From Clostridia bacterium (GTDB taxonomy: Bacteria; Bacillota; Clostridia; Oscillospirales; Acutalibacteraceae), in contig JAFTBJ010000118.1 in NCBI GenBank assembly GCA_017455295.1, forward strand, positions 1-56,081: a stretch of DNA of 56,081 bases, written 5' to 3'. This document shows positions 37,359 to 44,445 of this stretch, one piece after another. The translations under genes and the position numbers were made by a program. The notes beneath the pieces were generated by a model. That model had not been told where the DNA came from, did not search any database, and saw only the letters and a program-made list of their open reading frames with translations. The stretch's first letter is position 1, and each line of letters opens with the position of its first letter.

Positions 37359-37362
37359 AAAA

Positions 37363-37404
37363 GAAAACGGTCTCCGATTTCCAATCGGAGACCGTTTTCT
37401 TTTT
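37363..37404. terminator. bidirectional rho-independent terminator
   Basis: Perfect 17-bp stem GAAAACGGTCTCCGATT / AATCGGAGACCGTTTTC (37363-79 / 37383-99) with a TCC loop. It is flanked by an A-run on the left and TTTTTG on the right. It lies between convergent genes. Confidence 0.85.
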
Positions 37405-37420
37405 GTAACCCCAAGTCGTA

Positions 37421-38077
37421 TCAAGCATCTGTCGATTCGCTGTCATCTGTCGATTCGCTGCCATCTGTCGATTCGCTGCCATCGTTGCTTTGTGCAGGTG
37501 CATCTTCATCTTCTTTCCCTTGCTCCACGTTCACGATCGCATGCGTATTGGCGAACGCTTTGACTGCATGGGCGATGAGCAAAGTGGCAATCGTCTGGAA
37601 AATGGCACTGAGCAGCATCGCAATACCGGTGAAGATCGCGATGAACGGTTGATCCCGCAGACAGATGATGATGACGCCGAACAGCACATCGACCGCGCCC
37701 GAGATCAGCATCATCCACCAGGAGGGCCGATCGTCCCGCCAAAGGTCAACGGCTCGCTGCCAATCGAGCACACCGCGAATGGCGATCGCAATACCCAGCA
37801 AAACCGTCAGCAGGGCGGCCACGTCCTCCCGCCAGATCAGCACGCAGATGCCGATAGCCAGCATGCAAACCCCGATTGTGAAATTGAAGCCGGAGGTTTG
37901 ACCAGGCTTGAGTCGCAGATAGGCGATGATGTGGATAAAGCCGAACAGGATCAACGCGATCCCCAGAATGCAGGTCAGCACGACTGTCATGGTGGCGGGG
38001 AATACCAGCAGCAAAACAGCCAGCACCAGTGTGATTGCTGCTTCGATCAGATTGTTGCGCTTGAATTCTTTGAGCAT
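37421..38077 (-). CDS. DUF308/HdeD-like six-TM membrane protein with repetitive acidic C-terminus
   Basis: The pattern of paired helices (IEAAITLVLAVLLLVFPATMTVVLTCILGIALILFGFIHII...) is typical of HdeD/DUF308 proteins. The C-terminal tail is SNDGSESTDGSESTDDSESTDA. Confidence 0.6.
   Translation of the reverse strand: MLKEFKRNNLIEAAITLVLAVLLLVFPATMTVVLTCILGIALILFGFIHIIAYLRLKPGQTSGFNFTIGVCMLAIGICVLIWREDVAALLTVLLGIAIAIRGVLDWQRAVDLWRDDRPSWWMMLISGAVDVLFGVIIICLRDQPFIAIFTGIAMLLSAIFQTIATLLIAHAVKAFANTHAIVNVEQGKEDEDAPAQSNDGSESTDGSESTDDSESTDA
37427..37480. repeat. 3 x 18-nt perfect or near-perfect tandem repeat (coding, in-frame)
   Basis: ATCTGTCGATTCGCTG(T/C)C repeated three times. It encodes the D(G/D)SEST repeats at the C-terminus of the DUF308 protein. 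Confidence 0.9.
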
Positions 38078-38117
38078 ATCGTCATCTCCTTTTTTACATC
38101 ATACCATGTTTTTCGGC

Positions 38118-38155
38118 AAAAAACAAGCGTCTTTCCCATCTTGGGGAAAGACGCT
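38118..38155 (-). terminator. rho-independent terminator of spo0A
   Basis: 12-bp stem AGCGTCTTTCCC / GGGAAAGACGCT (38126-37 / 38144-55). A6 at 38118-23 gives a U-run on the minus-strand transcript. Confidence 0.7.
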
Positions 38156-38170
38156 GAAAGGGCATGTGCT

Positions 38171-38950
38171 TTAGGAGATTTTGAGCTGCAGTCGGAACTT
38201 GTCTGAGATCATAGCAATGAATTCGCTGTTGGTCGGCTTTCCGCGGCTGCCGTGGATGGTGTAGCCGAAATAGGAATTGAGCACATCGACGTCACCGCGA
38301 TCCCAGGCGACTTCGATGGCATGTCGGATCGCCCGCTCCACACGAGAGGAGGTGGTGCCGTGCTTTTTGGCAACCGCCGGATATAGGCGTTTTGTGACGG
38401 CGTTGATGATCTCTTCGTCTTCGATCGCCATCAGGATCGCGTCTCGCAAGTACTGATAGCCTTTGATATGTGCGGGAACCCCGATTTGATGAATGATCTC
38501 GGTTACGCGGATCTCCAGGGAGTGCTGACCGCTTGTGGCCGCACGGTCGATTCGCGGCAGCGCTTCCAGCTTCTTGCGGCTGCAAAGCGAGATGATTCGA
38601 TCACTCATCTGGTTGGCGTCGAACGGTTTGAGAAAATAATAATCGGCCCCTGCCTGCATCGCCTCCTGCTCCAGACTGGCATTGTCAAACCCGGACATAA
38701 TCATGAAATGCGGTTTGTCACCGTCCGGCTTTCCCAACACGCCCTTCATCACACCGATTGCATCCAGGCGCGGCAGAAAGAAATCCATGATCACGACGTC
38801 CGGATGCTTTTGTGTGATGGCCTCCAAAACCTGCCGACCGTCTTTGGCCACCGTGATCACATCAAGCCCGTGCCCCCGCATCACGTTGGCACATGGCCGC
38901 CCGAACTGTTCGCTGTTGTCCGCCAGCAAGACTTTGATTGCTTTTTCCAT
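38171..38950 (-). CDS. spo0A: sporulation master response regulator Spo0A
   Basis: The receiver domain has KVLLADN...VVIMDFFLP...LKPFD. The Spo0A-specific C-terminal domain has [55 protein letters not shown] and [17 protein letters not shown] lies 8 nt before ATG 38950. Confidence 0.95.
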   Translation of the reverse strand: MEKAIKVLLADNSEQFGRPCANVMRGHGLDVITVAKDGRQVLEAITQKHPDVVIMDFFLPRLDAIGVMKGVLGKPDGDKPHFMIMSGFDNASLEQEAMQAGADYYFLKPFDANQMSDRIISLCSRKKLEALPRIDRAATSGQHSLEIRVTEIIHQIGVPAHIKGYQYLRDAILMAIEDEEIINAVTKRLYPAVAKKHGTTSSRVERAIRHAIEVAWDRGDVDVLNSYFGYTIHGSRGKPTNSEFIAMISDKFRLQLKIS

Positions 38951-39046
38951 ATTTTGATTACCTCCCACTTCAAACGGTTGCCCGTCCGTCGGAGTGCCGG
39001 ACGACTGCGCTCTCTCCGGACGGTGGTGTCTGTTTCCTGTGACACA

Positions 39047-39075
39047 ATATTACCATAAATTGGTAATTTTTGCAA
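39047..39075 (-). promoter_or_regulatory. candidate sigma-A-type promoter upstream of spo0A
   Basis: On the minus strand: TTGCAA (39075-39070), a 17-nt spacer, then TAATAT (39052-39047). It overlaps a TTACCA-N5-TGGTAA inverted repeat. Confidence 0.35.
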
Positions 39076-39137
39076 TAGTTTGGCAGAAGATTTTTTCCAA
39101 AAATTGGAAATTTTTTTGTTTCTCAGAGGATGCCGAC

Positions 39138-40367
39138 TCACGCCGCCGTATTTTGGCGGGAAGCGGGGACTGCCTTCGCGCTTTCCAGCATGGTTTCGGC
39201 AAAAATCGCATACCCGCCAGTGGGATCGCCCACCAAAACGTGGGTCACCGCGCCGATCAATTTGCCGTTTTGGATGATGGGCGACCCGCTCATTCCTTGC
39301 ACAATGCCGCCGGTCTCGGCAAGCAGGGTCTCATCTGTGATGCGAATGACCATGTGGCGGGTGGGGGAATCGCCCCGCAGATCGACCTGCTCGACACAGA
39401 CGCGATATCGCTTAGGGGTGCTGCCGTGTATGGTGGTGATGAGTTCGGCGTCTCCTTCGACGATCTCCTGCTTGTGAGCGATCGGTATGGTGGCAAGGCT
39501 GGGCGGATCGTCGGTCAGCACGCCATAAAGCCCTGTATCGCCATTTGCGGTCAGCACGCCGTAACTGCCGGCGTCGAAACTGCCTTTGAGTTCGCCCGGC
39601 GCGCCCACCGCGCCCTTAGTGACGCCGAAGATGGAAGCCGGCACGATTTCGCCAGTTGCGATCGGCATCGTTTCGCCGGTATCCACGTCGCTGATCGGAT
39701 GGCCGAGCCCGGCGAATACACCGTTTTTGCCGGTGGTAAAGGTGAGGGTGCCGATCCCGGCCGAGCTGTCACGGATCCACATCCCCGCTTTGAGACGCTT
39801 TTCCGAAACGGATGCGAGCGCGGTCAGCTGCACATCGTATTCAATTTGCCCTCTGCGCATGTGCAGCGCCAGTGGGCGGGAAGCGCTGCTTTCGATCAAG
39901 GACGCGACCTCATCGGTCTGGGAGACTTCGGCGCCGTCAATCGAGAGGATCGTATCGCCGACCCGGATCCCGCACTTTCTGGCCGGGCTTTCTGCGCCGG
40001 TGCGGGCATCAACATCCGCAAGTCCTACCACGAGAACTCCGTCGGTGAACATCTTGATGCCAAAAGGGGTGCCGCAAACGGCAACACTGGTTTCTTTTTC
40101 TACATTCACCGAAACGGTTCCGACCGGGAAGATTCCGAAAAGACGGATTTCGGCTTCATAGTCGCTGCCGGCGCGCAGGGCCGCCGCCGTTGCCGCCTGA
40201 TCGCCGGATACGGCGGCGGAGAGCGCCGAAACGGGCAGCATCAAGCCTTCCCCTTCATTGACACGAAAGGATTCCGGCAGATATCGCTGCGCTACGAATA
40301 CACATAAAAACAATCCCGCACAAATCGGGATGAGTAAAATACTGAGGATTTGAAACAGCCATCGCAT
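39138..40367 (-). CDS. spoIVB: SpoIVB peptidase (S55 family sporulation signalling protease)
   Basis: It has an N-terminal TM and a PDZ-like part (GIRVGDTILSIDGAEV). The S55 domain has GIGTLTFTTGKNGVFAGLGHPISD and the catalytic-Ser block GMSGSPIIQNGKLIGAVTHV. The conserved spoIVB-then-spo0A order is present. Confidence 0.9.
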   Translation of the reverse strand: MRWLFQILSILLIPICAGLFLCVFVAQRYLPESFRVNEGEGLMLPVSALSAAVSGDQAATAAALRAGSDYEAEIRLFGIFPVGTVSVNVEKETSVAVCGTPFGIKMFTDGVLVVGLADVDARTGAESPARKCGIRVGDTILSIDGAEVSQTDEVASLIESSASRPLALHMRRGQIEYDVQLTALASVSEKRLKAGMWIRDSSAGIGTLTFTTGKNGVFAGLGHPISDVDTGETMPIATGEIVPASIFGVTKGAVGAPGELKGSFDAGSYGVLTANGDTGLYGVLTDDPPSLATIPIAHKQEIVEGDAELITTIHGSTPKRYRVCVEQVDLRGDSPTRHMVIRITDETLLAETGGIVQGMSGSPIIQNGKLIGAVTHVLVGDPTGGYAIFAETMLESAKAVPASRQNTAA

Positions 40368-40477
40368 AAGATCATGCCTCCTTTTGTTACGATCAGATGG
40401 GCGTCACTTTAGTGTGCCCGATACAAAAACAAATCTTACAAAAAGAGAGCTTTTTCAAAAAATTTACAACCCGCACG

Positions 40478-40506
40478 TTGCAATTTGTCGGCTTTTGCGG
40501 TAAGAT
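40478..40506 (+). promoter_or_regulatory. candidate sigma-A-type promoter
   Basis: TTGCAA (40478-83), a 17-nt spacer, then TAAGAT (40501-06), about 40 nt upstream of ATG 40545. Confidence 0.45.
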
Positions 40507-40544
40507 AGAGATACCGATGTACAATAAGCAGGGAGGAACACGCG

Positions 40545-40976
40545 ATGAGTGAACTCAAGGGCAAGGTAGAAGCGACCGTTCAATTGACCAAGTCCAACTG
40601 TTATTATATGAATCACGGCGTGTGTTCGTTGTCGATTGTGGAGGATTTTTTCATTGATCCCGGCGAGCGGCTGCCGCAAAACGATCTGTTTTACTGTCCG
40701 CGTCTTTATGCGCAGATGACCGGCAAAAATACGCTGCGTCCGGTGCCGGTGGTGCCGTGCGACTGCGGCCATTTGCAGATCATCAGCGGCCATCAGCGTG
40801 CATGCATTTCGCAGCGCCGCAGCCTGACGCTGCCGGTGCGGGTGGACGAAAGCCGCGGCGAGCGCGCGTTTTGCGCCGTATGCGGCGGGCAGACCACCAT
40901 GCGCGATAAGGAAGGACGGGAGGACGCCGGCAAACGGATTTTGCTGCTGCACGCCCGCGCGGAGATGGACGATTAA
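40545..40976 (+). CDS. Cys-rich hypothetical protein (possible ParB/Srx-like GHxR motif)
   Basis: GGGAGGA RBS is present. The 143-aa protein has many cysteines, including CDCGH, FCAVCGG and CSLS. IISGHQRACISQRR vaguely resembles the DGHHR box of ParB/sulfiredoxin-fold proteins. The assignment is not secure. Confidence 0.45.
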   Translation: MSELKGKVEATVQLTKSNCYYMNHGVCSLSIVEDFFIDPGERLPQNDLFYCPRLYAQMTGKNTLRPVPVVPCDCGHLQIISGHQRACISQRRSLTLPVRVDESRGERAFCAVCGGQTTMRDKEGREDAGKRILLLHARAEMDD

Positions 40977-40994
40977 AACAGGATATGGAATAAA

Positions 40995-41040
40995 AAACCG
41001 GCAGGCAGAGCGGATTTCGTTCTGCCTGCCGGTTTAAATT
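40995..41040 (+). terminator. rho-independent terminator
   Basis: 15-bp stem AAACCGGCAGGCAGA / TCTGCCTGCCGGTTT (40995-41009 / 41021-35). Confidence 0.75.
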
Positions 41041-41094
41041 ACTGCTTTGGAATGTCATACGTCTATAAACCATTTGTAGTACAAATGCTACTTC

Positions 41095-41325
41095 CTATTC
41101 TCGAAAATCAAACAATTTGATCACCGGGATTTGAAATAAATCAGCAAGTTCAAATACAGTATCTAAGGATACGCCGCTAACAGCCAGTTCAATCTTACTA
41201 ATTGTAGTTCTATCCAGTCCCAACTTTTCCGCCAATCTTTCTTGGGTAAAACCGTTTAGTTTTCTGTAGTAAGCAATATTTAATCCAAGCATAATATATT
41301 TGTCTTTTTGCTTCAAATTCATCAT
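41095..41325 (-). CDS. XRE family helix-turn-helix transcriptional regulator (76 aa)
   Basis: The HTH_3-like block is LGLNIAYYRKLNGFTQERLAEKLGLDRTTISKIE. GGAGG lies 5 nt before the ATG. It is divergent from the micro-ORF/ABC operon. Confidence 0.85.
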   Translation of the reverse strand: MMNLKQKDKYIMLGLNIAYYRKLNGFTQERLAEKLGLDRTTISKIELAVSGVSLDTVFELADLFQIPVIKLFDFRE

Positions 41326-41395
41326 CCTCGCCTCCTATTTTGATTTTAAGGCATATCTTTTTATTTAAAATAGATTTTAGTGCATAAAATTATGC

Positions 41396-41424
41396 TTGAC
41401 ATTCTACAAAATAAGAGATATACT
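41396..41424 (+). promoter_or_regulatory. consensus sigma-A promoter of the micro-ORF/ABC operon
   Basis: TTGACA (41396-41401), a 17-nt spacer, then TATACT (41419-24). Confidence 0.6.
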
Positions 41425-41455
41425 ACTAATTGAAGTAAAAAAAGGAGGTGTATGT

Positions 41456-41530
41456 ATGGGCTTTTTAGCATGGAGCGCCGTGTACTCTGTGGTAGTTATT
41501 GCCGCAGCCTATAAACTCCGTCGGCGTTGA
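41456..41530 (+). CDS. 24-codon micro-ORF encoding a hydrophobic cationic-tailed peptide MGFLAWSAVYSVVVIAAAYKLRRR
   Basis: It is too short to appear in the ORF track. AAAGGAGG (41441-48) lies 7 nt before ATG 41456, and the stop is TGA 41528-30. It sits about 30 nt downstream of the consensus promoter and directly upstream of the ABC genes. It encodes a single TM-length helix plus KLRRR. Confidence 0.45.
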   Translation: MGFLAWSAVYSVVVIAAAYKLRRR

Positions 41531-41540
41531 CCGTCAGCAG

Positions 41541-41574
41541 CAATATGGGCACAGTAACAACTGTGCCCATATTG
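41541..41574 (+). promoter_or_regulatory. perfect 14-bp stem-loop between the micro-ORF and the ABC ATPase gene
   Basis: CAATATGGGCACAG / CTGTGCCCATATTG with a TAACAA loop. No U-tract follows, so it is a possible attenuator, processing site or stabiliser. Confidence 0.5.
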
Positions 41575-41596
41575 TCATGGAAAAAGAGATGATAAT

Positions 41597-42322
41597 ATGC
41601 TTCAAATAGAACATCTATTTAAAAACTTTGGTCACCAAGAAATAATTAAAGACCTTTCTCTTACCATACATAAAAATGAAATCACTGCACTGATAGGCAA
41701 GAATGGTGCTGGAAAAACCACATTGATACGACTGATATCGGGAATTTTGCAACCTGATTTTGGAAAAATATCTTTTCCAAAAGATATTTCTATTGGGGTA
41801 CACCTCGGAGGAAACTCGGAATTATATGATAATTTGACCGGCGAAGAATCTATAAAATACTTTGCAAAACTTAAACATATGCCTGCAACATTGATTGATA
41901 AAAGGATAAATGAATTAAACGATATTTTAAAATTTAGCGAATTTTTCCGAGCGCCTGCTCGCACGTATTCAAGGGGCATGCGGCAAAAAATAACGTTTGC
42001 CATTTCTGTGATTCATGATCCTGATTTTTTGCTTCTGGATGAGCCTACTACGGGACTTGATTTGGAGGCGGCAGGCGATGTCGTACACTTTATTCAATAC
42101 CTGAAAACCAATAAAAAAGCTATCTTCATATCCACTCATAACGTATATGAAATATCAGAATTAAGCGATCGAATTGCACTACTGTCAAATGGTAAGATAG
42201 CAGTCGACAGTCCGACGTCTAATTTCTTTAAATCTTGCGCTCATAATAATAAAATTGAATTTATTATAGATCGGCTTAATGGAGAAACTTATCATGAAAA
42301 GCATCGTTTTGACGATAATTAA
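41597..42322 (+). CDS. ABC transporter ATP-binding protein (ABC-2/NatA-like exporter type)
   Basis: Walker A is GKNGAGKTT. The signature-like block is YSRGMRQKITFA. Walker B is FLLLDEPTTGLD. The H-loop is STHN. Confidence 0.9.
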   Translation: MLQIEHLFKNFGHQEIIKDLSLTIHKNEITALIGKNGAGKTTLIRLISGILQPDFGKISFPKDISIGVHLGGNSELYDNLTGEESIKYFAKLKHMPATLIDKRINELNDILKFSEFFRAPARTYSRGMRQKITFAISVIHDPDFLLLDEPTTGLDLEAAGDVVHFIQYLKTNKKAIFISTHNVYEISELSDRIALLSNGKIAVDSPTSNFFKSCAHNNKIEFIIDRLNGETYHEKHRFDDN

Positions 42323-43367
42323 AAGAGAATTCCAGGAAATATTCAGAGACAAAACTTGTATTATTCTGATTTGCATTTCTACATTTATATTTCCGATTCT
42401 AAGCATTGGGCTAAATATAATCGTCCCGAATAAAAGCCTTCATATTCGTGTCGCAGTAGAGTCTCAAAGCGATGTTTGTACAGATATATTTACCGCCATA
42501 CAATCCAATCCCGACACTCAATATATTGACATTATACAAAGCAGCAACGCCTATGAACAATTAAAAAACAATGATATAGATTGTATTATTTCTATAAAAG
42601 ATCATGTTATTAGCCTAATTGCCAATCCCTATTCATACTCATCTATATCCTCCACAGCAAAATTTGCTGAAGTTTTTGAAAATGTGTACCTAAGTAGTAT
42701 CAACCATAATACAATCACATTTAGAATGACTGATGAACAACAACAAGCAATTAATATGCCAACTGCTATGGTTACTATTTTTGCTCCAGCTGTGTTTGTT
42801 ATGGTGATTTTCCAAGGAGTATCCGGCTTTGCTAATGATATGTTTGCAGGAGAGAGGGAAAGAAAAACAATAGAATTGTTAATACATTCGACAAAAAGGC
42901 CTTATATTTTATTTGGAAAGCTAATCGCTTTAGCAATTATATCACTTCTAAATACAGGAATAGCTTTATTCTCGTATAGCCTATCGTGTAGATTTCCATT
43001 TTCAAGTCCCTTAAGCGCGCTACTAACTCTTGTGTGTTTGTCGATTTTGTCAATAGCAGCTTCTTTAATATCTCTTACTGTTTCCATGCATTGTAAAAAA
43101 ATAAGGCAAGCTCAATTCATTAATGAATTATTTACGCTCCTTCCAACAGGTATGACTGTCGCTGTTTGCTTTGAAATGATAAATAGGAATCACATACTTG
43201 TGAGAATAATGCCTATTTTAAATTTAGTTTCTTCTTTTTCAACTGTAGTGAACGGAAATTGGAATATTTCAGAGCTCATCTTAAGCATCGTCATTAGCAT
43301 TGCGTTTATCATACTCTTAATTCTATACGATATCCGCTACATAAACTCAGAGAAACTTATTCTCTAA
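42294..43367 (+). CDS. ABC-2 family permease (NatB-like, large extracytoplasmic loop after TM1)
   Basis: The N-terminus reads MKSIVLTIIKREFQEIFRDKT. TM1 is followed by a roughly 130-aa loop and then five more helices. GGAGA precedes ATG 42294. The gene overlaps the ATPase gene end, suggesting translational coupling. Confidence 0.8.
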   Translation: MKSIVLTIIKREFQEIFRDKTCIILICISTFIFPILSIGLNIIVPNKSLHIRVAVESQSDVCTDIFTAIQSNPDTQYIDIIQSSNAYEQLKNNDIDCIISIKDHVISLIANPYSYSSISSTAKFAEVFENVYLSSINHNTITFRMTDEQQQAINMPTAMVTIFAPAVFVMVIFQGVSGFANDMFAGERERKTIELLIHSTKRPYILFGKLIALAIISLLNTGIALFSYSLSCRFPFSSPLSALLTLVCLSILSIAASLISLTVSMHCKKIRQAQFINELFTLLPTGMTVAVCFEMINRNHILVRIMPILNLVSSFSTVVNGNWNISELILSIVISIAFIILLILYDIRYINSEKLIL

Positions 43368-43373
43368 AAGAAA

Positions 43374-43422
43374 AAGCCCTCCTATGATACTTTTTTTCAT
43401 CGTATCATAGGAGGGCTTTTTC
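43374..43422 (+). terminator. rho-independent terminator
   Basis: 17-bp stem AAGCCCTCCTATGATAC / GTATCATAGGAGGGCTT (43374-90 / 43402-18) followed by TTTTC. Confidence 0.8.
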
Positions 43423-43493
43423 TATTGTTCGTTTTTACTGGACTTGTTCAAAAACACCCTTTGCAGCAGCCCGCTTTTTGCGGTTATAAGATC

Positions 43494-44162
43494 TTAGTCG
43501 TCTGCTTTCGGCGCCAGGAATTTGTAAACCAGCGCCGCGAGCACACCGCCGACCAGCGGCGCCACGATGAACACCCACACGTTGGTCAGCGCGTCGCCAC
43601 CCGCAAAGAGCGCCGGGCCAAAGCTGCGCGCGGGGTTGACCGAGGTGCCGGTGAAGTAGATGCCATAGAGATGCACCAGCGTCAGCGACAGACCGATCAC
43701 AAGGCCGGCCACGTTGCTGTATGCTTTTTTTGATGTTACGCCGAGAATGCTGAGTACAAACACAAACGTCAGGATCACTTCGATCACGAGCGACAGCCAA
43801 ACATCGCCCTGGAACAGCCCGTTGGTGCCGAGACCGCTTTCCGCGCCGAAGAAGCCGAGCAGCACCGCGCCGCCTGCGATAGCGCCGACAAATTGTGCGA
43901 CGATGTATCCGACAAAATCGCCGAAGCTCATTTTACCGCTGATCAGCATCGCGATGGAGACCGCCGGATTGATGTGGCAGCCTGAGACGTTGCCGATGGA
44001 ATAGGCCATCGCCACGATCACAAGGCCGAAAGCGAGAGCGGTGATGAGGTATCCGGCCGGGTTATCGGCCGAGCATTTCACCGCCACCGCGGTACCGCAG
44101 GCGAACAGTACCAGCACAAACGTGCCGATGCATTCCGCTACATACTTTTTGAATGATTGCAT
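43494..44162 (-). CDS. MIP family aquaporin/glycerol-facilitator channel
   Basis: It has two NPA boxes (SGCHINPAVSIAM and GTSVNPARSFGPA) and six TM helices. AAAGGAGGA precedes ATG 44162. The track start 44255 is an unsupported upstream extension. G+C is host-like. Confidence 0.9.
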   Translation of the reverse strand: MQSFKKYVAECIGTFVLVLFACGTAVAVKCSADNPAGYLITALAFGLVIVAMAYSIGNVSGCHINPAVSIAMLISGKMSFGDFVGYIVAQFVGAIAGGAVLLGFFGAESGLGTNGLFQGDVWLSLVIEVILTFVFVLSILGVTSKKAYSNVAGLVIGLSLTLVHLYGIYFTGTSVNPARSFGPALFAGGDALTNVWVFIVAPLVGGVLAALVYKFLAPKADD

Positions 44163-44235
44163 AAAAACATCCTCCTTTTGATCTTGATGTTCGAACAACA
44201 ACAGTATACCACGTTTTTTGAAAAACGCAATCGAA

Positions 44236-44340
44236 TCAAAGCACCATCCACTCAAGAATTTTATGGATCGCCGCGTCCATCTTCACCGGATCGGAAAAAG
44301 CGGTGATCAGCGTAACACGTTTTTGCGAGAACGCAATCCG
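44236..44340 (-). pseudogene. eroded 3'-terminal fragment of an alpha/beta hydrolase gene homologous to 47887-48642
   Basis: The minus strand reads ...ADHRF(+1 nt)SDPVKMDAAIHKILEWMVL*. The intact gene reads ...ADHRFSDPVKMDAAIHEILRFFSF*. Both copies have 27 nt from stop codon to the shared 27-mer. One extra A (44296-44300 run) breaks the frame. No 5' part of the gene is present. Confidence 0.65.
44263..44289. repeat. 27-nt perfect direct repeat, left copy (partner 47914-47940)
   Basis: ATGGATCGCCGCGTCCATCTTCACCGG is identical at both sites. Similarity continues imperfectly for about 20 nt to the right and, at protein level, 27 nt to the left. Confidence 0.9.
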
Positions 44341-44369
44341 AATACTGGCGATTTTTGAAAGTAAGACGG

Positions 44370-44398
44370 TTGTGATTTTGAAATAGGTATGGTATACT
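44370..44398 (+). promoter_or_regulatory. candidate sigma-A promoter with extended -10 for the TIR gene
   Basis: TTGTGA (44370-75), a 17-nt spacer ending in TGG, then TATACT (44393-98). Confidence 0.5.
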
Positions 44399-44445
44399 GA
44401 TTATATAGAAAAGTGCCTTTGAGGATAGAAATGAGGATAGTGTGT

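Larger units (their letters stand above)
41036..43430. other. very low-G+C accessory island (XRE regulator, micro-ORF, ABC exporter)
   Basis: Composition drops abruptly, by eye from the high 50s to about one-third G+C, between the terminator at 41035 and the terminator at 43422. Codon usage is visibly A/T-ending, unlike the flanks. No recombinase is present. Confidence 0.65.

Noticed and set aside
37327-37360. A/G-rich tract GAAGAAAAAGAAAAAGAAAAAAGC as a slippery or phase-variable site.
   Set aside because: It encodes the terminal KKKKKKK tail immediately before the stop codon. A frameshift here would change only a few C-terminal residues, so I saw no evidence of regulatory use.
37427-37480. 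CRISPR-like or other non-coding repeat array.
   Set aside because: There are only three 18-nt units with no spacers, fully in-frame inside a CDS. No CRISPR array, cas genes, tRNA or rRNA genes were seen anywhere in the window.
41071-41087. Palindrome CATTTGTA-G-TACAAATG just downstream of the XRE gene as a possible island boundary or att site.
   Set aside because: It has no second copy at the other island end. It is most simply a weak terminator or operator-like palindrome, and the evidence is insufficient to report it as a feature.
41036-43430. Lantibiotic or class II bacteriocin biosynthesis locus.
   Set aside because: There is no LanB/C/M, radical-SAM, or C39-peptidase-fused ABC exporter. 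The peptide has no double-glycine leader and no Cys/Ser/Thr-rich core. Only a leaderless or toxin-like peptide interpretation remains, and it is reported as a hypothesis.
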